Shown piece by piece: positions 17,941-27,887 of a stretch of 64,000 nucleotides of DNA. Made by a program: the position numbers and the translations under genes. Numbering within the stretch: position 1 is the first letter of the stretch; each line of letters opens with the position of its first letter. The notes under the pieces were generated by a model. The model ran no database searches. It was given only the letters and a program-made list of their open reading frames with translations, and was not told the DNA's origin. The DNA is taken from positions 71,889-135,888 of the forward strand of contig LBYD01000002.1 in the NCBI GenBank assembly GCA_000995965.1, written 5' to 3'. Origin of the DNA: Candidatus Moranbacteria bacterium GW2011_GWC2_40_12. GTDB taxonomy: Bacteria > Patescibacteriota > Minisyncoccia > Moranbacterales > UBA11712.

Positions 17941-19425
17941 CTAATGGATTTCTTCCACCTTTACCAGGCTCATATGCTCTTTTTTCATATGCGGACGGCC
18001 TGCCACAATCACAATTTTATCCTTTTTTTTGATCAGTTTGTTTTTTTTGAGGGTTGCGATTGATTTATCGAGAAGCTCGTCCAAATCCCGACAATCCGGG
18101 AGAACGAAACTCTCCGCTCCCCAGACCAATGTCAGCTGATTATGCGTTTTTTCTCTGTTGGTCATCACAAATATTCTCTCTTCCGGCCGATGCCGGGCGA
18201 CGATTCTGGCTGTATATCCTGAAACACTGGCCGCGACAATAGCTTTTGCTCCACTGTCCTTCACCAGCTCATGGGCCGACTGGGCAATTGCCGATGAGAC
18301 GGACATTTTCTCATCACCCAAAAATCCGTGCTCAAGATCGTCGAAAGGCGATTCTTCTGTTTTTTCAATTATTTTTCGCATCATTTTGACTGCTTCAATA
18401 GGATATTTCCCGCTAGCCGTTTCCCCGGAAAGCATCACTGCGTCCGCATGGTCGATAACGGCGTTTGAGACATCCGTTACCTCCGCTCGCGTTGGTCTGG
18501 GATTCCGGATCATGGAATCAAGCATTTGAGTCGCTACTATAGCCGGCTTCCCGGCCCGCAAAGACTTTGCCACCATTTCTTTTTGCAGAATGGGAAGTTC
18601 TTCCTGAGGCATTTCAATCCCCAAATCTCCGCGAGCGACCATGATTGCGTCGGATACAGCGAGAATTTCGTTGAAATTTTTTACTGCTTCCCTTCTTTCT
18701 ATTTTCGCGACTATCTGGGGAATCTTTTTTTCGTCGGTTATTTTTTTCCTTATCAGATCCTGAAGGTTTTTTATCTCTTTCGCATTCCGGACAAATGACA
18801 TGGCAATGAAGTCCGCGTCTTGAGAAAGGGCGAAGTCCAAAACTTCTTTGTCCTGGCTGGTGAGAGCCCCAAGCTTTGCTGAAATTCCGGGAATATTGAC
18901 CCCCTTCCTCATCTTAATGACCCCATCGTTTTCAGCGCGGCAATACAAACGCTTTTTGTCCTTTTTGAAAACAGAAAGTTTTATCAAGCCGTCCTCAATC
19001 AGAATTTCATTTCCGACTTTGACAAGCTTAGTCATTTCGGGAAGATCAAGAAATATTATTTTCTGTTTGCCGCTTTTCTTCACGAGCCTGCTGTTCCTGC
19101 CCGCCACCATCACAGTTTCGCCCTTTCTGATTCTTTCTTCCCGGTTCCCAATTGTCCTTATTCTCGGTCCTTGGAGATCCACCATTATTCCAATCGGCCT
19201 TTTTGTTTTCCAACTCACCTCGCGAATGTTCCTGATCGCTTTTTTATGCCACGAAAAATCACCGTGTGAAAAATTTAGCCGGGCGACATCCATTCCCTCT
19301 TTCAGCATTTGAGCTAGCACCGTTTTTTTTTCCGAAACCGGTCCGATAGTGGCGATAATTTTTGTTCGCTTTCCGCCCGAGGCGGATCCGCCTCTGGCGG
19401 ACATTTTTTCTCTTGTCATTTTCAC
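17941..19425 (-). CDS. pyk: pyruvate kinase
   Basis: 494 aa: RTKIIATIGP...NFSHG...MVARGDLG signature regions. Carries an unusual N-terminal extension MKMTREKMSARGGSASGGK. Confidence 0.95.
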   Translation of the reverse strand: MKMTREKMSARGGSASGGKRTKIIATIGPVSEKKTVLAQMLKEGMDVARLNFSHGDFSWHKKAIRNIREVSWKTKRPIGIMVDLQGPRIRTIGNREERIRKGETVMVAGRNSRLVKKSGKQKIIFLDLPEMTKLVKVGNEILIEDGLIKLSVFKKDKKRLYCRAENDGVIKMRKGVNIPGISAKLGALTSQDKEVLDFALSQDADFIAMSFVRNAKEIKNLQDLIRKKITDEKKIPQIVAKIERREAVKNFNEILAVSDAIMVARGDLGIEMPQEELPILQKEMVAKSLRAGKPAIVATQMLDSMIRNPRPTRAEVTDVSNAVIDHADAVMLSGETASGKYPIEAVKMMRKIIEKTEESPFDDLEHGFLGDEKMSVSSAIAQSAHELVKDSGAKAIVAASVSGYTARIVARHRPEERIFVMTNREKTHNQLTLVWGAESFVLPDCRDLDELLDKSIATLKKNKLIKKKDKIVIVAGRPHMKKEHMSLVKVEEIH

Positions 19426-19528
19426 ATTCAGTCACTTATTAGGATACATTTCTCATCTCAATTATAAACCAAAACAGACAACTGGAAAAGTGCTGTCTGC
19501 TTGGAAAAATACTATTGCGCAATAGCAA

Positions 19529-19870
19529 TTAATTTATCAGCTTGAACCCGCCAATAAGCGGCAATGGCTTCATCTCAGCTTTCGATGCGCTGATTATTCC
19601 CATAATCGCAGCCACTATCAGAAAGATTGTTCCCAGGGGAAGAATAATGAACCAGCCAATAAAAGGAATAATGCCGCCGACGATATTCACGACAACCGCA
19701 GCAAGAAGAAGATTCAGTTGCTGGTTGGCATGGAATTTCGCAAACGGGCTGTTTTTCGCGTCAGTCACGAGCGGAATGAAAAACAGGATCGGGATGATAT
19801 ATCCCACGATCGCCATGGCTTTATTTTTTTCCGCATCTTGCGGATCAGCTTTTTTTGTTTCCTCGGTCAT
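19529..19870 (-). CDS. DUF4870-family small membrane protein
   Basis: 113 aa with an FHANQ motif and two TM helices. Confidence 0.55.
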   Translation of the reverse strand: MTEETKKADPQDAEKNKAMAIVGYIIPILFFIPLVTDAKNSPFAKFHANQQLNLLLAAVVVNIVGGIIPFIGWFIILPLGTIFLIVAAIMGIISASKAEMKPLPLIGGFKLIN

Positions 19871-19950
19871 ATAGTCACCTCCTTGTCTGGTTAAAAGATT
19901 TGTTTCCTGATTTTATAATACCCAATCCGCCAAAAAAACACAAACCGTCA

Positions 19951-20352
19951 TCACAGATCCAGCTCCCTTAGAATTTCTTCCGGGATCGGGTCTCTTTTGG
20001 GGCTTACGCCCGGATACCGCCACGCACTGATCAAGCGAATTTTCTGAAGACCAATAGTTTTTTGATTCTCGCTCTCGGATTTTCCTTTGCTTTGATACAT
20101 TGCCCAAATTTCACGCGTCCAGACTCTTTTTCCGTCTTTCGTGATCAATGAGCTTGGCTGCATCACGGCAACGGTATTTTTAACGATTCCTTCCTCCACT
20201 CTCTGCGGATTTTTCACCACGCGCAAAATTCTTTGAGCCGTGAGGCCGTATTGTTTCATTTTGATAACTGCGTGCCGCGTCCATTCATACTTTTCCGTGT
20301 TTTTAGGGGCTTTGAATTGCATAATGACTCGGGCTTGGCTTTCGGAAAGCAA
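19951..20352 (-). CDS. hypothetical protein (DUF4258-like?)
   Basis: 133 aa with the WTRHAVIKMKQYGLT motif. Weak evidence. Confidence 0.35.
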   Translation of the reverse strand: MLSESQARVIMQFKAPKNTEKYEWTRHAVIKMKQYGLTAQRILRVVKNPQRVEEGIVKNTVAVMQPSSLITKDGKRVWTREIWAMYQSKGKSESENQKTIGLQKIRLISAWRYPGVSPKRDPIPEEILRELDL

Positions 20353-21243
20353 CTACACATCCATTCCCCGCAAAGCCTTTACCCGTTCCGCAATGGATGG
20401 ATGGGTCATGAAAAACGAAGATATTTTTTTGCCCTTGAAGGGATTGGCGATGAAGAGATGGGCTGTGGCGCGGTTAGCGCTGCGCAATGGCGTTGGATCC
20501 GCGGAAATTTTCTCGAGTGCGCTCGCGAGGCCTTCGGGATAGCGCGTAAGCAAAGCGCCGGATGCGTCGGCGAGATATTCACGTTTGCGGGAAACAGCCA
20601 GCTGGATAAGAGTTGCAGCAAATGGAGCAAGGATGGCCAAAACGACCGCTAAAATCAAAAATACAGGGCTCCTGCCCCGGTCTTCGCTGTCTCCTCCAAA
20701 CCACACCCAGCGTCGCAACCAGTCGGCCATCAGCGCAACAAAGCCGACCAGCACGACAATGACCGTCGAGAGAAGCATATCGCGATTGCCGATGTGCGAA
20801 AGTTCGTGGGCAATCACGCCCTCGAGTTCTTTTTTCTCGAGCCTTTCAATCAATCCCGCCGTGAGCGCGATAACCGCGTGCTGGGGATTGCGGCCGGTCG
20901 CAAACGCGTTTGGAGACGGGTCCTGTATGACGTATATTTTCGGAACGGGAAGACCGGCTGTGATGCAAAGATTTTCGACAATGTGATATATTTCTTTTGC
21001 ATTGTCGTGCGTAACTTCCTTGGCGCCGCTCATTGCCAGCACAATTTTATCGCTCCACCAGTATGATGCAACACTTATCAGCGTGCTGAAAACGACTGCC
21101 GCGACAAGGATCGCCGAGTTATTCATTGCGCCCGCGAAAACATATCCTACCCCGATAACGAATATCAAAAAACCCGTTATATATATCCAAGTCAGGCGGG
21201 TATTTTTATCAGCTTGGGTGTAGATTGTTGCCATAAATTTCAA
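20353..21243 (-). CDS. htpX: zinc metalloprotease HtpX (peptidase M48)
   Basis: HELSH zinc motif, 4 TM helices and the conserved C-terminal ...MTHPSIAERV... segment. Confidence 0.9.
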   Translation of the reverse strand: MKFMATIYTQADKNTRLTWIYITGFLIFVIGVGYVFAGAMNNSAILVAAVVFSTLISVASYWWSDKIVLAMSGAKEVTHDNAKEIYHIVENLCITAGLPVPKIYVIQDPSPNAFATGRNPQHAVIALTAGLIERLEKKELEGVIAHELSHIGNRDMLLSTVIVVLVGFVALMADWLRRWVWFGGDSEDRGRSPVFLILAVVLAILAPFAATLIQLAVSRKREYLADASGALLTRYPEGLASALEKISADPTPLRSANRATAHLFIANPFKGKKISSFFMTHPSIAERVKALRGMDV

Positions 21244-21379
21244 AAATCCTAAATCCTAAGCACCAAACTCTAAACAAATTCAAATTTTCAAAACCCAAAA
21301 TTCAAAACGTTTTGGATTTTGATTCTTAGAATTTTGATATTATTTAGGATTTCGATATTAGGATTTAGGATTTCAATTC

Positions 21380-21928
21380 CTAAAATTCCACTTTTACATT
21401 CTCCTTCTCTCCCGCTTCCGCCTCAAAAAATTCGCGGGCGGAAAATCCCAGCATGCCAGCAAACATATTATTCGGAAAGACTTGAATCTTCGTGTTGAAG
21501 TCGCGGACATTTCCGTTATAGAACCTTCGGGAAGCCTGGATCTTGTCCTCCGTGTCGGTGAGTTCTCGTTGGAGCTCGAGAAAATTCTGATTTGCTTTGA
21601 GATCGGGATAGGCTTCGGCAACCGCGAACAAGCTTTTGAGGGTGTCCGAAAGCATATTTTCGGCTTGCGCCTTATCGGCCGCCGATTGGGCTCCCATCGC
21701 CCTTGTCCGGGCTTCCGTCACTTTTTCGAATACTTCTTTTTCGTGAGTGGCATAACCCTTGACTGTCGAAACCAGGTTCGGAATGAGATCGTAGCGCCTT
21801 TTGAGCTGGACATCGATGTCGCTCCAAGCTTCATCTACCCGGTTTTTGAGCCGAATAAGCCCATTGTAGATCGCAATCGCCCAAACAATAAGGACGACGA
21901 TAATCCCCAATATTACCAACGTAATCAT
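21380..21928 (-). CDS. lemA: LemA-family protein
   Basis: An N-terminal TM helix followed by the conserved LemA core: NGLIRLKNRVDEAWSDIDVQLKRRYDLIPNLV...AYPDLKANQNF. Confidence 0.9.
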   Translation of the reverse strand: MITLVILGIIVVLIVWAIAIYNGLIRLKNRVDEAWSDIDVQLKRRYDLIPNLVSTVKGYATHEKEVFEKVTEARTRAMGAQSAADKAQAENMLSDTLKSLFAVAEAYPDLKANQNFLELQRELTDTEDKIQASRRFYNGNVRDFNTKIQVFPNNMFAGMLGFSAREFFEAEAGEKENVKVEF

Positions 21929-21985
21929 GACTATTGCTAATTAATGCTTAATAATCAATTTTAATAAAAATAATGAGCCGAAAGG

Positions 21986-22996
21986 CTACTGACCATTGTT
22001 TGCCGGTTCTTGTTCACTGCTTCTCTCTATCGCCGCTCTTATTAGTACGCGAGAGATCGATATATTTTCCCTTACTCTGTCTCCCTGATTTCCTAAATAA
22101 CTGGCTGATGAATTTCTGACAACATCGAGATTAGCTTTGCTGTCCTGCGCCCCGGCCACAATTCCTGATTCAATGCCGATCATCCCCTTCAGCTCATTTT
22201 TGAATATCCAGCCGAACTGAACCAGTAAGACTAAGATTAGCACCACCGACATCGAGAAAGCAAATTTTGGAAAAAATCCCATCCGTGATTCAACCGGAAC
22301 AAAATTTGGCGACGGGTCTTCCGTTCTGATTGCCCAATTCGGATTGTTCACAGATTTTTCTATCGGCAACGGCTGATTTTTTCTCTCAAGAGAATATTTT
22401 TTTATTTTTGAGATATTCGGAGTCTTTCTTGAGAACGCCGGCTTCGCGTTTCTATTTATTTTCAGGTTTATCGTTTCCATCTTCCTCTCTGCTGCAAAAG
22501 ATTTTTGGAGAACCGGTCTGGGGTTTGCGATCCCCAGCAATATATTTTTTGTCTCTTCTCTTTTCACACTCAAAACCTCGTTCTTTTTTTGCATCGGTTC
22601 CTTCCGCGCAGAAACAGCGCTTGGCAGAGCCTTCACGCCGACTTCTTCTTGATTTTTCTCCAATGGTTTCGCGATCCTAATTTGATGTTCCGCGATTTTC
22701 TCAAGAGGCGATGTTCCTTTGGCAACGATTTTTTCTTTTTGGTTGATTTTTTCCGTGTCCGACACCACGGACGAGTCAAGGTTTTTTGCTTCCGCTTTTC
22801 TCGCCTCCGCATCAGATAAAAACTCTGAAAACCATTCTACTTTCGTATACCATCGCTTGCCAATCCGGATTGAACCGATGTCGCCGCGGCGCGCCAAAAG
22901 TCCCAAATACTCCTGGGCATATTTTTTTTCTTTGGCAATCGCAGAAAGCAAAACAAATTTTTTCTTGAAATCCTCCATGACGAAATAATAACACAA
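21986..22996 (-). CDS. hypothetical membrane protein
   Basis: 336 aa. A charged, low-complexity middle region, one TM (VVLILVLLVQFGWIF) and a small C-terminal domain. Confidence 0.4.
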   Translation of the reverse strand: MCYYFVMEDFKKKFVLLSAIAKEKKYAQEYLGLLARRGDIGSIRIGKRWYTKVEWFSEFLSDAEARKAEAKNLDSSVVSDTEKINQKEKIVAKGTSPLEKIAEHQIRIAKPLEKNQEEVGVKALPSAVSARKEPMQKKNEVLSVKREETKNILLGIANPRPVLQKSFAAERKMETINLKINRNAKPAFSRKTPNISKIKKYSLERKNQPLPIEKSVNNPNWAIRTEDPSPNFVPVESRMGFFPKFAFSMSVVLILVLLVQFGWIFKNELKGMIGIESGIVAGAQDSKANLDVVRNSSASYLGNQGDRVRENISISRVLIRAAIERSSEQEPANNGQ

Positions 22997-23167
22997 AATA
23001 AAATTTCAAGCTACTGCCAGCAACCCGATATTTATCCATCGCCACAACAAAATAGTGCATCAACCAATAAACTGGAAACCGAAATATCGGGTTGCGGCGC
23101 GGATTCAACTTCAATTTTCATAAAAAGAAAATTTGCGGAAAATAAGCTATTTTGGTAAAATTCACCC

Positions 23168-23611
23168 ATGGACTGGAAAAATTATATTGTCATCATCGTT
23201 CCAATCACTATCGGGCTTTTCACCCAGGCTTTGAAATTTTTTCTTTATTCCCTGAAACACGGCTTCAAATGGGAATATGCCTTCACTCATGGCCACATGC
23301 CCAGCGCCCATACAGCCTTTGTTGTTTCAACCCTCACCAGTATTGGTTATTTCGAAGGAACAAACTCAGGCGTCTTTGCGCTGGCTTTCATTTTCGCCTT
23401 CATTATTATCGATGATGCCGTCCGCCTCCGGGTATTTCTGGGAGACCAGGGAAGATACCTGAATATGCTGGTCGACCAGCTCCCCGTAAACAAGAAAAAA
23501 TTCCCTCGCCTGAAGGAAAGAATTGGCCACCGTATTCCGGAGGTGATCATCGGCGGTGCTATCGGACTTATTTTTTCATTTGCTCTGATAAAACTTCTCG
23601 AATCACTTTAG
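23168..23611 (+). CDS. divergent PAP2-family protein (DUF212)
   Basis: GHMPSAHTA motif and 4 TM helices. Length 147 aa. Confidence 0.8.
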   Translation: MDWKNYIVIIVPITIGLFTQALKFFLYSLKHGFKWEYAFTHGHMPSAHTAFVVSTLTSIGYFEGTNSGVFALAFIFAFIIIDDAVRLRVFLGDQGRYLNMLVDQLPVNKKKFPRLKERIGHRIPEVIIGGAIGLIFSFALIKLLESL

Positions 23612-24875
23612 GGTCATTCCAGCGTATTCTTTCATCTCCAACGGCCATCGTTTCTTCCGCTCCTTTTCCGGTGACGACCACGACATCTCCGCGCTTTGCA
23701 ATTTGCAGGGCTTTTTTGATGGCCTCTCTCCGATCAAAAATACGCCAGGAATTTTCGTTTTCTTTTTTATGCTTCAAAACTCCAGCAAAAACTTCGTCAA
23801 TAATTTTTTGCGGATCTTCATTATATGGATCTTCATTTGTGACAATGCAAAAGTCTGTGTGCCGAGCCACAACTTCACCCATAATCGGCCGCTTGCCACG
23901 GTCCCTCTCTCCGCAGGAGCCGAATACCGCGATAACTTTCGTATATTCTCCCTTCAGCATACTTATATAATTATATAACTTTTTGAGGGAATCCGGCGTC
24001 ACGGCGTAATCGACGATTATTTCGAGGCCGCGATCGTTTTCGATCCGTTCCATCCTTCCCGGGACACCTTTTATCTTCGAAAGCGCTTCGGAAATTTTGG
24101 GAAGAGCAATGTTTTGCGAAAGTCCTGCGCACGTCGCCGCGAGAACGTTTTCGATATTAAATTCCCCCGGCAAGTTAAGTTGAAAGTTAGTCTCTAGTAT
24201 CTGAAACTTAGTATTTTGTATGCCTAGCTCTATATTTTTCGCCTCAATAAACTTGATTTTTTCAGCCAGAGGCTGATCCGCCTTTGGCGGAGATTTTTGA
24301 TTTTCTAAAAAATATCCATATTTCTCCTTCGCCTCATATTTCAAAAATTCCTCCGCCTTTTCCATCCCCAAATTCACTACTGCCGCCCCATTTTTATTTC
24401 TTGAAATCATTGCAAATAATTTTTCCTTCGCTTTTCTGTATTTTGACATTGTTTCATGATAATCGAGGTGCTCACGCGAAATATTTGTAATAACCGCCAC
24501 GTCAAATTTCACTCCCCAGGCTCGATTTTGGTCCAATGAGTGCGAAGTCACTTCGACAATGATATATTCACATTCCGCCAAAGCCGCTTTTTTCAGGAAT
24601 TCCTGCAGCTTGAAACTGGAAAAAGTCGTGAATTTCGTGTCGTTTACCCACTCTTTATCGCCGATTTTGAAATTGATCGTTGAAGCCATCGCGACTTTGT
24701 GACCGGCCTCTTCAAGGATTTTGGAAATCATCTGGCAAGTCGTCGTCTTCCCGTTCGTTCCCGTCACCCCGATAACTTTCAGTTTCCTCGACGGAAAACC
24801 GTACCAAACATTGGCCAGAATCGCCTGAAATAAATGGTATATATTTTTGATAGATTGAGGAATAAATTTCTTCAT
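23568..24875 (-). CDS. Mur ligase family protein (MurE/MurF-like)
   Basis: VIGVTGTNGKTTT P-loop, a central domain with a DxxNxxHxD-like segment (NISREHLDYH) and a C-terminal Mur ligase domain. Converges on the PAP2 gene with a 44-nt overlap. Confidence 0.8.
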   Translation of the reverse strand: MKKFIPQSIKNIYHLFQAILANVWYGFPSRKLKVIGVTGTNGKTTTCQMISKILEEAGHKVAMASTINFKIGDKEWVNDTKFTTFSSFKLQEFLKKAALAECEYIIVEVTSHSLDQNRAWGVKFDVAVITNISREHLDYHETMSKYRKAKEKLFAMISRNKNGAAVVNLGMEKAEEFLKYEAKEKYGYFLENQKSPPKADQPLAEKIKFIEAKNIELGIQNTKFQILETNFQLNLPGEFNIENVLAATCAGLSQNIALPKISEALSKIKGVPGRMERIENDRGLEIIVDYAVTPDSLKKLYNYISMLKGEYTKVIAVFGSCGERDRGKRPIMGEVVARHTDFCIVTNEDPYNEDPQKIIDEVFAGVLKHKKENENSWRIFDRREAIKKALQIAKRGDVVVVTGKGAEETMAVGDERIRWNDPKVIREVLSEQMKK

Positions 24876-24910
24876 TTTCCTAGTGAGCTAAGTCGGGCTT
24901 AGCTCAGTCA

Positions 24911-25930
24911 TTATAAAAGTCTTTTTATTTTCTGCAATACTTTATACAACCGGTATTTTCCTGGGTTCATCACAATATCCCAGCATCCTGGGAATTGAAT
25001 TGGTTCAACTCCCGACGCAAAACCGGTTTTGAATTTTGTGACTCCTGCCCAAGATCTGCCGCCTGTATCTTCAACTTTCACACCTCCGAAATCATATCGC
25101 TCGCATCCTGCTTTTTTCGCGTCGATAATCTGCTGCCACTGCAAAAGATATGGCGCCATAACTTCGCGGTGAATATTATCCGATGCGCCGTGCAAATAAG
25201 TCGCCGTTTTTCCGAAAAATAAAACCAGATTCGCGGCGATAACTTTTCCATTATATTCCGCGATATATAATTTAAGAATATCGCCAGGAATCGTTTCAAA
25301 CATTTTTCGGTAATAATTTTCCGGATGGGAAGTTATTTTGTCCCGCCCGGCGGTTATTTTAACCAACCGACAAAATTCATCTATATATTTTTCTTGCCGC
25401 GAAGAATGAACCACAATATTTTTTTTCTTTGCCAATTTGATGTTGTAGCGAGTTTTCTGCTTCATTCTTGCCAGTAATTCATCTTCATTTTTCGAAATAT
25501 CTAGGATTAAACTTTCTTTCGGCTGAACATCCACTGGCGCTTTTTTTATTTTAATATCACTCGATAAATTTTCTCTAACCAATTTCAACTCTTCCTCACT
25601 GTTTGGTTCTATTCTTACCCATCCAGCATTATTTTTTTGAACGATACCAATTAGATCATTCAGAAATTGTTTGAAAATTGAAAATTGAAAATTGAAAATT
25701 TTGATGACCGGTCCGCGCGGCACATAAAAATAATCCCCGACGATAGGCAAACCATGCGTTATGATACTAGCATGAACCAAAATTTCTCCTTCACCATCAC
25801 TTGCGGAAATATTATGTGTTTTTCGCCCTACGCTTTCCTGAAACTTCCGCCAATGATCCGATTGCAAAAAACTTCCGTCTGGCGAATTAGCTTGAACAAA
25901 ATTTAGAGACTTGTCATTCATAAATATCAT
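24911..25930 (-). CDS. FemAB-family peptidoglycan interpeptide-bridge aminoacyltransferase
   Basis: 339 aa with the GNAT-like duplicated FemAB architecture and the conserved C-terminal ...KFKTGF... region. Contains a 4x7-nt tandem repeat at 25673-25700. Confidence 0.7.
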   Translation of the reverse strand: MIFMNDKSLNFVQANSPDGSFLQSDHWRKFQESVGRKTHNISASDGEGEILVHASIITHGLPIVGDYFYVPRGPVIKIFNFQFSIFKQFLNDLIGIVQKNNAGWVRIEPNSEEELKLVRENLSSDIKIKKAPVDVQPKESLILDISKNEDELLARMKQKTRYNIKLAKKKNIVVHSSRQEKYIDEFCRLVKITAGRDKITSHPENYYRKMFETIPGDILKLYIAEYNGKVIAANLVLFFGKTATYLHGASDNIHREVMAPYLLQWQQIIDAKKAGCERYDFGGVKVEDTGGRSWAGVTKFKTGFASGVEPIQFPGCWDIVMNPGKYRLYKVLQKIKRLL

Positions 25931-26496
25931 TTCCCCAAATTCTTGAGTGCCGCTTTTATTCTACCCGACATATCTTTTTCATCCTTCGGCACACTTTTCA
26001 GGGCTTCGCGGGCCTGGGAAACAGAATATCCCAGAGAAACAAGCGCCTCAATAGCTTCTGAATCAGCTTTGGCCTCCCTTTGGTCTTCGCCGGGAAGCTC
26101 CGCAATCCTGTTTTTGAGTTCGAGAATGACTCGCTCGGCTGTCTTCTTTCCCACTCCCGAAACACGGGTGAGGATCGAAGAATCGCCTGATATAACCGCC
26201 GCCCGGATCGTTTTCGGTTCCGCAATGGAAAGGATTCCGACCGCCGCTTTTGGCCCAATCCCGGAGATGGAAATGAGGAGCTCGAACATTTCCAGCTCGT
26301 CCGGAATCAAAAAACCGTAAAGTGATAAAGTGTCCTCGCGGACATAGGTATGCGTGTACAATTCTATTTCTTTTTTTCCGGCGATTTTTCCCATCGTAAA
26401 ATCGGTGACGAATATTTTATATCCGACGCCGGAAACGTCCACGACGACGTAGTTATCGCGAAAAAAGGCGATTTTCCCCGTTATTTTGGCTATCAT
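25927..26496 (-). CDS. ruvA: Holliday junction DNA helicase RuvA
   Basis: MIAKITGKI...VDVSGVGYKIFV (OB domain), HhH motifs ISGIGPKAA and a C-terminal domain III. Confidence 0.9.
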   Translation of the reverse strand: MIAKITGKIAFFRDNYVVVDVSGVGYKIFVTDFTMGKIAGKKEIELYTHTYVREDTLSLYGFLIPDELEMFELLISISGIGPKAAVGILSIAEPKTIRAAVISGDSSILTRVSGVGKKTAERVILELKNRIAELPGEDQREAKADSEAIEALVSLGYSVSQAREALKSVPKDEKDMSGRIKAALKNLGK

Positions 26497-26671
26497 TGAT
26501 TATAGTATAAAGTATTTTGTATAAAGTATAAAGTATTTCTCCGTGGTAATCCGCTCTTTACAAAAATAGCCGGCTGTGTTAGAAATATAGAGTGTTTTAT
26601 ATAAATTTTTAGATTTTCAATTGTCATTTTGCATTTTGATTTTTGCATTTTGATTTTGAACGAAGTGAATT

Positions 26672-26938
26672 ATGCCGATTAAGCAAAGTGCCAAAAAATA
26701 TCTGCGCGCTTCGACAAAACGGGCCGCGCAAAACCTCTCGATCAAAAAAGCTTTCAAAGACGCGGTAAAAAAACTCAATGAGCTCGCTAAAGCGGGGAAG
26801 ATTGAAGATGCCAAAAAAATGTTCCCGACCGTCCAGAAAGCGCTCGACAAAGCCGCCAAAGTCGGCGTCATCGCCAAGCGCGCCGCCGCCCGCAAAAAAT
26901 CGCGGCTCGTGAAGATGATGAAGAAAGCTGGGAAATAA
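26672..26938 (+). CDS. rpsT: 30S ribosomal protein S20
   Basis: 88-aa basic helical protein MPIKQSAKKYLRASTKRAAQN... typical of bS20. Confidence 0.85.
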   Translation: MPIKQSAKKYLRASTKRAAQNLSIKKAFKDAVKKLNELAKAGKIEDAKKMFPTVQKALDKAAKVGVIAKRAAARKKSRLVKMMKKAGK

Positions 26939-27011
26939 TTCGGCTTTTCTCTTTTGACATATAAAAACTGCTTTGATAAAATAGAAATATCAAACAAAAA
27001 TCAGAGAAGAA

Positions 27012-27212
27012 ATGAACTCGTCTCCATCTAAAGCAACAATCCTATCTGAAATATCCCGTGACATTGCACAAGTGTTTTTTGCTTCGATGTTCGTTGGCCC
27101 CATCATAAGTGATGCTGTCAGCTGGCCGATAGTTTTTTCCGGGTTGGCCCTTTCGTTTTCCTGCTGGCTGCTGAGCTTATCCGTCGTCGTCAAAGAAAAA
27201 TCTTATGAATAA
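27012..27212 (+). CDS. small hydrophobic protein (66 aa), uncertain
   Basis: Two predicted TM helices. A further 26-codon hydrophobic ORF lies at 27224-27304. Confidence 0.2.
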   Translation: MNSSPSKATILSEISRDIAQVFFASMFVGPIISDAVSWPIVFSGLALSFSCWLLSLSVVVKEKSYE

Positions 27213-27419
27213 TATTTACCAAATTATGACCAGCCTCTATATTCTCGGCGCCTTGGTTGTCATTGCCTTGGCTTTGGCCATCATTGCTTTCAAGAAAAAA
27301 AGTTAATTTCATCTCCTAAAGAAAAAATAATCTTTGCATTATTTTGGTATAAGAAGATCGCGCCCGGATTTTTCCAAGCGCGATTTTTTATTTTTCTAAT
27401 CTCCGAGATTAGAATTCAA

Positions 27420-27887
27420 TCAGTCCGGATATATTGCTTCTCCGGAGGTTAGCTCCAGCCCGACGAATAACTTTGTCATTCCGTCAGAGATATGTTTCTT
27501 GTCTTTTTTCTTCATGCGTTTCCATTTTGCTTGAGCGATCGTCAAGCTCTCCTTGATACGCCCCAGCATATATATAACTACCCTTGCGTCTTCAGGAGCA
27601 TCATTGGCCAAGAGGACAGCGGCTCGATCAAAACCGTGCTGACAATGGAAAATTGAAAGAAGACCCAAGATGGAATGCATGATGTTTTTGAATCCTCTCC
27701 TTCTTTTGTGGATATAAGCCAGGAAAGCAATATCCGCGATGAGCTCCCATTCATATTTCACAGCCCCCGTATGCTTCTTGGAATATTCATTGATAACCCA
27801 AATTATTTCAGTCAATGAAGTCTCGGCATCAAAACCTTTGATTTCAACCAGAAGTTCTTCACTTAGCATCTCTTTCTCTCCCCTCAC
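27420..27887 (-). CDS. hypothetical protein (third gene of 3-gene operon)
   Basis: 155 aa, 4-nt overlap with the upstream gene. No recognisable motif. Confidence 0.45.
   Translation of the reverse strand: MRGEKEMLSEELLVEIKGFDAETSLTEIIWVINEYSKKHTGAVKYEWELIADIAFLAYIHKRRRGFKNIMHSILGLLSIFHCQHGFDRAAVLLANDAPEDARVVIYMLGRIKESLTIAQAKWKRMKKKDKKHISDGMTKLFVGLELTSGEAIYPD

Noticed and set aside
26500-26670. Short tandem repeats upstream of rpsT (TATAAAGTAT units; TTTTGCATTTTGATT x2)
   Set aside because: They look like AT-rich promoter-region low complexity. They are too short and irregular to call a repeat element or array.
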